Source of the DNA: Rhodobacterales bacterium
Lineage (GTDB): Bacteria; Pseudomonadota; Alphaproteobacteria; Rhodobacterales; CAZPXZ01
Direction of reading: 5' to 3'
DNA length: 64,000 nt
NCBI GenBank assembly: GCA_965221505.1
Contig: CBDCSI010000002.1
Span: 60,341 to 124,340, forward strand
Each line of letters opens with the position of its first letter. The stretch's first letter is position 1. The notes under the pieces are model-generated. The model was given only the letters and a program-made list of their open reading frames with translations, was not told where the DNA came from and made no database searches. The translations under genes were made by a program, and so were the position numbers. Positions 59,119-64,000 of the stretch are shown piece by piece.

Positions 59119-60186
59119 ATGAAGACGATCCGGGGACCTGCCCTGTTTCTGGCTCAGTTCGCCGGCGACGAGCCGCCGTTCGACAGCTGGGACGGCATCA
59201 CGCGCTGGGCGGCCGAGTGCGGCTACGTCGGCGTGCAGGTGCCGAGCTGGGACGGTCGGCTGATCGATCTGGCCGAGGCGGCGCGGTCGAAGGACTATTG
59301 CGACGCGTTCAAGGGCGTCGCCAAGGAGAACGGCGTCGAGGTCACGGAACTCTCCGCACACCTGCAGGGACAGCTGGTCGCGGTGCATCCGGCGTACGAC
59401 GAGCCGTTCGACGGATTTGCCGCTCCGGAGGTTCGCGGCGACCCCGCCGCCCGCCAGGCCTGGGCGGAAGACCAGGTTCGCCTGGCGCTGGACGCCTCGC
59501 GCAACATGGGAATCGGCGCCCTCGCCGCATTTTCCGGCGCCCTGGTCTGGCCGTTCGTCTATCCGTGGCCGCAGCGCCCGGCGGGGCTGGTCGAAGCCGG
59601 GTTCGACGAACTGGCCCGCCGCTGGCGCCCGCTGCTCGACCATGCGGACGACCGCGGCGTGGACATCTGCTACGAAATCCACCCCGGCGAAGACCTGCAC
59701 GACGGAATCACCTACGAGATGTTCCTCGAGCGGACCGGCGACCACGCCCGCGCCCGCATGCTCTACGACCCCTCGCATTACGTGCTGCAGTGTCTCGACT
59801 ACCTGGACAATCTCGACATATACAAGGACCGGATCGGGATGTTCCACGTGAAGGACGCGGAGTTCAATCCGACGGGACGGCAGGGGGTCTATTCCGGATT
59901 CCAGAACTGGGTGGACCGGGCCGGCCGGTTCCGCTCGCTCGGCGACGGACAGGTCGATTTCGGCGCCGTTTTCTCCAAGCTGGCCGCGAACGATTTCGAC
60001 GGATGGGCCGTGGTCGAGTGGGAGTGCTGCCTGAAACATCCCGAGGACGGCGCCCGCGAGGGGGCGGAATTCGTCGCCGCCCACATCATCCGGGTGACCG
60101 AGACCGCGTTCGACGATTTCGCCAGCGCCGGAACGGACGAAGAGGCCAACCGCCGGATTCTCGGCATTGCCGGAGTCGGCGCGTGA
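59119..60186 (+). CDS. Sugar phosphate isomerase/epimerase, AP-endonuclease-2 TIM barrel (IolH-like)
   Basis: MKTIRGPALFLAQF, YEIHPGEDLHDG, YDPSH, FHVKDAE, VVEWEC; GGAGGAGG RBS. Confidence 0.88.
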   Translation: MKTIRGPALFLAQFAGDEPPFDSWDGITRWAAECGYVGVQVPSWDGRLIDLAEAARSKDYCDAFKGVAKENGVEVTELSAHLQGQLVAVHPAYDEPFDGFAAPEVRGDPAARQAWAEDQVRLALDASRNMGIGALAAFSGALVWPFVYPWPQRPAGLVEAGFDELARRWRPLLDHADDRGVDICYEIHPGEDLHDGITYEMFLERTGDHARARMLYDPSHYVLQCLDYLDNLDIYKDRIGMFHVKDAEFNPTGRQGVYSGFQNWVDRAGRFRSLGDGQVDFGAVFSKLAANDFDGWAVVEWECCLKHPEDGAREGAEFVAAHIIRVTETAFDDFASAGTDEEANRRILGIAGVGA

Positions 60187-60260
60187 ACGCCGGCTCGACC
60201 CGCCGCAGGCGGAGTCTCCGGGCGCCGGGCCCGCGCCGGGCCGGCTGACGCGAGCGCGCC

Positions 60261-61358
60261 ATGTCGGAGCTGAGAGTCGAGGGCATTTGCCGCCGCTTCG
60301 GAGAGACGCTCGCGCTCGACGACATGACCTTCGACGTTGCCGAGGGCGAGTTCTTCTGCCTGCTCGGCCCCTCCTCCTCCGGCAAGACCACGACGCTGCG
60401 TTCGATTTCCGGGCTCGAGACGCTGGAGTCGGGACGGGTCTTGTTCGGCGGACAGGACGTCACCCACGCGCCGGTGCAGGGCCGCGGGATGGCGATGATC
60501 TTTCAGACCTTCGCCCTCTATCCGCATCTCACCATCGAGGAGAATCTCGCCTATCCCCTGCGACGGCAGGGATTGTCGGCGGACGAGGTTCGCAGGCGCG
60601 TCGGCGAGGCGGCAGAACTGCTGCGGGTCGAGCACACCCTGGCCCGCAAGCCGGCCACTCTTTCGGGGGGCGAACAACAGCGGGTCGCCATCGGACGGGC
60701 CATCATCGGGCGACCGCGACTTCTCCTCCTGGACGAGCCCCTGACCAACCTGGACGCGAAGCTGCGCCACGACATGCGTGCGGAGTTCAAGCGCTTGCAC
60801 CGCGAGCTGGGCATGACGATGTTGTACGCGACGCCCGACCAGCTCGAAGCCCTGACCATGGGCCAGCGTATCGGCGTAATCCGCGACGGCAGGGTGGTGT
60901 CCACCGGTACGCCGGGCGATCTCTATCGGGAACCCGACAGCGTCTACGTCGCCAACATGGTCGGGGCTCCGGCGATCAACCTCGTCGACGCGACGACGGA
61001 CGCGGACCAGCGCCTCGGCATGCCCCTTCTCGCGGAGCCGATTCCGACATCCGGAATCGGCGGGGAGCGTCAGGTCACGCTGGGCGTCCGGCCGCACGAC
61101 CTCGGACTCGCGGCGGCGGAAGCCGGCGACGCGTTCCGCTTTCCGGCCCGCGTCACGCTCACCGAGCCCCTGGGCGACGTGACCGTCATCGACCTCGAGG
61201 TCCGCGACGCCAGACTCAAGATGGTTCTTCGCGAGGAGGTCGCGTCACGATATGCGGCGGGCAGCGAGGTCGAAGTCGCCTTCGACCCTGCCGACGTCCA
61301 CCTGTTCGACCGCGAATCCGGCGCCCGCATGGGCAGCCTGTCGCGGTTCGGCGCTTGA
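60261..61358 (+). CDS. Carbohydrate ABC ATP-binding protein (CUT1, MalK-like)
   Basis: GPSSSGKT, LSGGEQQR, LLDEPLTNLDAKLR, TOBE C-terminus. Confidence 0.92.
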   Translation: MSELRVEGICRRFGETLALDDMTFDVAEGEFFCLLGPSSSGKTTTLRSISGLETLESGRVLFGGQDVTHAPVQGRGMAMIFQTFALYPHLTIEENLAYPLRRQGLSADEVRRRVGEAAELLRVEHTLARKPATLSGGEQQRVAIGRAIIGRPRLLLLDEPLTNLDAKLRHDMRAEFKRLHRELGMTMLYATPDQLEALTMGQRIGVIRDGRVVSTGTPGDLYREPDSVYVANMVGAPAINLVDATTDADQRLGMPLLAEPIPTSGIGGERQVTLGVRPHDLGLAAAEAGDAFRFPARVTLTEPLGDVTVIDLEVRDARLKMVLREEVASRYAAGSEVEVAFDPADVHLFDRESGARMGSLSRFGA

Positions 61359-61413
61359 GGCAGAGCAGCGCAAGCAAAACCCCATACCCCAAGTCTTCAA
61401 TCAGGAGGAAACC

Positions 61414-62889
61414 ATGAATATCCGATCGCTCCGGTCGATTCTCGGAGGTGCGCTCGGCGCCTTCGTTCTGGTAATCGGCGTCTCCGCCCAGCCGGCGGCG
61501 GCGGCCGACATCACCATCACCATGGCGGCGCCCGACTGGCCGCCTACCCGCTTCATGAAGGAGCATTTCGATCAGACGTACCAATCGCCCGACGGTCACA
61601 ACACGACGCTCGACATGGACTTCATTCCGTGGCCGAGTTTCTATGAGCGGGTCTCCGCCTCGCTGACCTCGGGCGAGCAAAAGTACCAGATGATCGTAAC
61701 CGACAGCCAGTGGCTCGGCGCCTTCGTCGAGGGCGGCTATTACATGGACCTGACGGAACTGATCAAGGCCGACCCGGAACTGCTCGCCATCCTGCAGGAC
61801 CTGCATCCGGCGCTGGTTTCGGCCTACTCGACCTACCCGCACCGTACCCGCGCGCAGCTCGAGGAAGCGGGCGAGGTTCCGGCCCCCGGCGTGCACTATT
61901 ACGGCTTCCCGCAGTTCCCCGACACCTACGTGACCTTCTACCGCGAGGACATCTTCTGCCACGAGGGCGAGATGGCGGCCTTCCAGGAGCGGTACGGCAG
62001 CAACCTGCCCTGCACCTACGAGGACTGGCAGGACACCGACTGGACCAAGTTCGCGCAGATCGGCGAGTTCCTGCGTCGCGACGCCGGCGAGACCGTCGGG
62101 GACACGGTTCTCGATGACGATTTCTACGGCATCGCCTACCAGGCGGGCAAGGGCTACGACTTCTCGACCATGGCCATCAACGCCTTCATCTGGCAGTACG
62201 GCGGGAGCATCTGGGACGAGACCATGGCCCCCGAAGCGCAGGCCGAAGGCGTGGTGAACTCCGATATCGCCGTCGAGGCGTTCGAACACTACCTCTCGAT
62301 GCTGCAGTACATGCCTCCGGTCGCCCAGACCGGCCAGATGGACATCTTCGTCATTCAGGACCTCTACATGCAGGGCAAGGTTGCGGCCATCATCGACTGG
62401 GTCGGCCTCGGCGAGCCGGTTCTCGACCCGAACGCCTCCGTCGCGCACGACAAGTCGGCGTTCGGTCCGGCGCCCGGACTGCGCAAGGAAGACGGCAGCA
62501 TCGACCGCACCGGCAATATCGGCGGACAGCCCTTCGTTCTGACTACCTGGAACAGCGACGAGATCGTAAACGAGGCGCTCAACGTCGTGAAGTGGTGGCT
62601 GAGCCCCGAGACCCAGATCCAGGCCGTCGCGAGCGGCGGACAGTCGGGCCGGATGAGCGTCATGGCCATGCCGGAGTACAACGACCTTCGGCCGTGGAAC
62701 CGCGCCCATGTCGAAATGATCGACTGGCAGCGGGACGTCTGGCATACGCCCGAGTTCTTCGAGTTGCTGATCCAGCAACAGGAGGAGTTCGACAAGGCGA
62801 TCACCGGCCAGATCTCCGCCCGGGAAGCGCTCGACGCGGTGGCCGAGTTCCAGCAGGAGCTGCTGGAAGACGCGGGCATGATCGAGTAA
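61414..62889 (+). CDS. Carbohydrate ABC substrate-binding protein
   Basis: AGGAGG RBS, signal peptide, DSQWLGAF, GNIGGQP. Confidence 0.88.
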   Translation: MNIRSLRSILGGALGAFVLVIGVSAQPAAAADITITMAAPDWPPTRFMKEHFDQTYQSPDGHNTTLDMDFIPWPSFYERVSASLTSGEQKYQMIVTDSQWLGAFVEGGYYMDLTELIKADPELLAILQDLHPALVSAYSTYPHRTRAQLEEAGEVPAPGVHYYGFPQFPDTYVTFYREDIFCHEGEMAAFQERYGSNLPCTYEDWQDTDWTKFAQIGEFLRRDAGETVGDTVLDDDFYGIAYQAGKGYDFSTMAINAFIWQYGGSIWDETMAPEAQAEGVVNSDIAVEAFEHYLSMLQYMPPVAQTGQMDIFVIQDLYMQGKVAAIIDWVGLGEPVLDPNASVAHDKSAFGPAPGLRKEDGSIDRTGNIGGQPFVLTTWNSDEIVNEALNVVKWWLSPETQIQAVASGGQSGRMSVMAMPEYNDLRPWNRAHVEMIDWQRDVWHTPEFFELLIQQQEEFDKAITGQISAREALDAVAEFQQELLEDAGMIE

Positions 62890-62897
62890 CTCCGCTC

Positions 62898-62926
62898 GCG
62901 GGGGCCGGACCGCGTCCGGCCCCCGC
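62898..62926 (+). promoter_or_regulatory. Stem-loop after the binding-protein gene
   Basis: GCGGGGGCCGGAC-cgc-GTCCGGCCCCCGC perfect 13-bp inverted repeat. Confidence 0.6.
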
Positions 62927-62994
62927 ATTCCGCCCGGCACGCAACGACGCCGCGAAGGCGAGGCCCGCCCGGCCCGCCCTGCAATGAGGTTCCG

Positions 62995-63912
62995 ATGACC
63001 AATACCGCACAAGGCGGAGAAGGATTCGGCGCGTGGCTCCTGTCCCCGAAGCGGCGCGGGCCGCTTCTGGTCGCCCCGGCCGTCATCGTGCTGTTCGTGA
63101 TGAACATCTTTCCGTTGCTGTGGTCGTTCGGTCTGAGTTTCTTCAACTACCGCGCCAACCGGCTGACGGTTCCGAAGTTCCGCGACTTCAGCAATTACGA
63201 GCGGGTCCTGACCGACGAAAAGGTCTGGGAACGGTTCCAGACCACGGCCCTGATCGTGGGAAGCTCGGTGCTCCTGCAACTGATCGTCGGCTTCCTTCTG
63301 GCGCTGATGTTCGCCAAGGAGTTTCCGCTCAGGCGTATCGTGCTGATGCTCGTCCTGACGCCGATGATGCTCTCCTTCGTGTCCGTCGGCGTGTTTTTCA
63401 AACTCTTCTACGAGCCGACCTTCGGCCTCGTCTCCTACGTGATCAACTTCTTCACCGCAGACCCGTTCGTCACCCTCGCGACGCCCGCCGGCGCCATCGC
63501 CGGCATCGTGATCGCGGACGCCTGGATGTGGTCGCCCTTCGTGATGCTGCTGGTGCTCGCGGGACTGGTTTCGGTCCCCAAATATCTCTACGAGGCGGCG
63601 GAGATCGACCGGGCGTCGAAATGGCGCACGTTCTGGACGATCACCTTTCCGTATATCCGTAGCCTCCTGCTCCTCGCGATCCTGTTCCGGACCATCGAGA
63701 CGTTCAAGCTCTTCGACATCGTCTACATCATCACCGAGGGCGGTCCGGGTTCCTCGACCGAGACCATCGCCGTCTATCTCTACCGGGTCGCCTTCCAGTT
63801 CTTCAAGACCAGCCAGTCCTCGGCGCTGGCCTACATCGTCCTGTTCATCGTCATCGTGCTGACCAACCTGTATCTCTACGCCGTGAACCGTCGCGCAAGG
63901 GAGGTTGGCTGA
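62995..63912 (+). CDS. Carbohydrate ABC permease
   Basis: DAWMWSPF, YEAAEIDRAS (EAA loop), TEGGPG. Confidence 0.92.
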   Translation: MTNTAQGGEGFGAWLLSPKRRGPLLVAPAVIVLFVMNIFPLLWSFGLSFFNYRANRLTVPKFRDFSNYERVLTDEKVWERFQTTALIVGSSVLLQLIVGFLLALMFAKEFPLRRIVLMLVLTPMMLSFVSVGVFFKLFYEPTFGLVSYVINFFTADPFVTLATPAGAIAGIVIADAWMWSPFVMLLVLAGLVSVPKYLYEAAEIDRASKWRTFWTITFPYIRSLLLLAILFRTIETFKLFDIVYIITEGGPGSSTETIAVYLYRVAFQFFKTSQSSALAYIVLFIVIVLTNLYLYAVNRRAREVG

Positions 63913-64000
63913 TGTTCCGGGGCAATCGCGAAATCGGCAAGGCGGGCTGGGGCTACACGCTGGTCACCGGGATCGTCGGCCTGGTGTATTTCTTTCCGGT
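63912..64000 (+). CDS. Second carbohydrate ABC permease, 5' part (truncated by window)
   Basis: ATG overlaps the previous TGA; MFRGNREIGKAGWGYTLVTGIVGLVYFFP. Confidence 0.7.
   Translation, partial: MFRGNREIGKAGWGYTLVTGIVGLVYFFP

Overview
GC-rich bacterial chromosomal window, most consistent with a marine alphaproteobacterium (fabA-fabB-fabI order, Roseobacter-like transporters). Host association is possible (FN3-repeat autotransporter, much pseudogene debris) but is inference. Left to right: cytochrome c maturation genes (ccmC-D-F-G-H, ccmE); an XylD-like IlvD/Edd dehydratase; a low-GC ABC-ATPase + TOPRIM-like (DUF3226-type) pair; a minus-strand cluster in which a non-canonical soxY, soxZ, soxA and soxX plus fccAB surround a Tat-exported xanthine-oxidase-family molybdoenzyme, a triheme cytochrome and an FGE-fold protein, with no soxB/soxCD; a probable 3,6-anhydro-L-galactose scavenging pathway (TRAP, cycloisomerase, GntR, SDR, Zn-dehydrogenase, GMC oxidoreductase, YtfQ-type ABC) split by a PotABCD-type ABC and phnX; two tandem enolase-superfamily genes; a tRNA-Thr(GGU) gene interrupted by a compact 215-nt group I intron; fabABI; heterotetrameric sarcosine oxidase; a MaoC-like hydratase and second IlvD; a decayed IS1380-family transposase; an FN3-repeat autotransporter-like protein; and an IolH-like TIM-barrel gene with a sugar ABC transporter. 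Top leads: the group I intron in tRNA-Thr(GGU), the variant Sox/molybdoenzyme system, and the anhydrogalactose cluster with a GMC enzyme but no canonical aldehyde dehydrogenase. Family assignments come from motif recognition by eye, not database searches.
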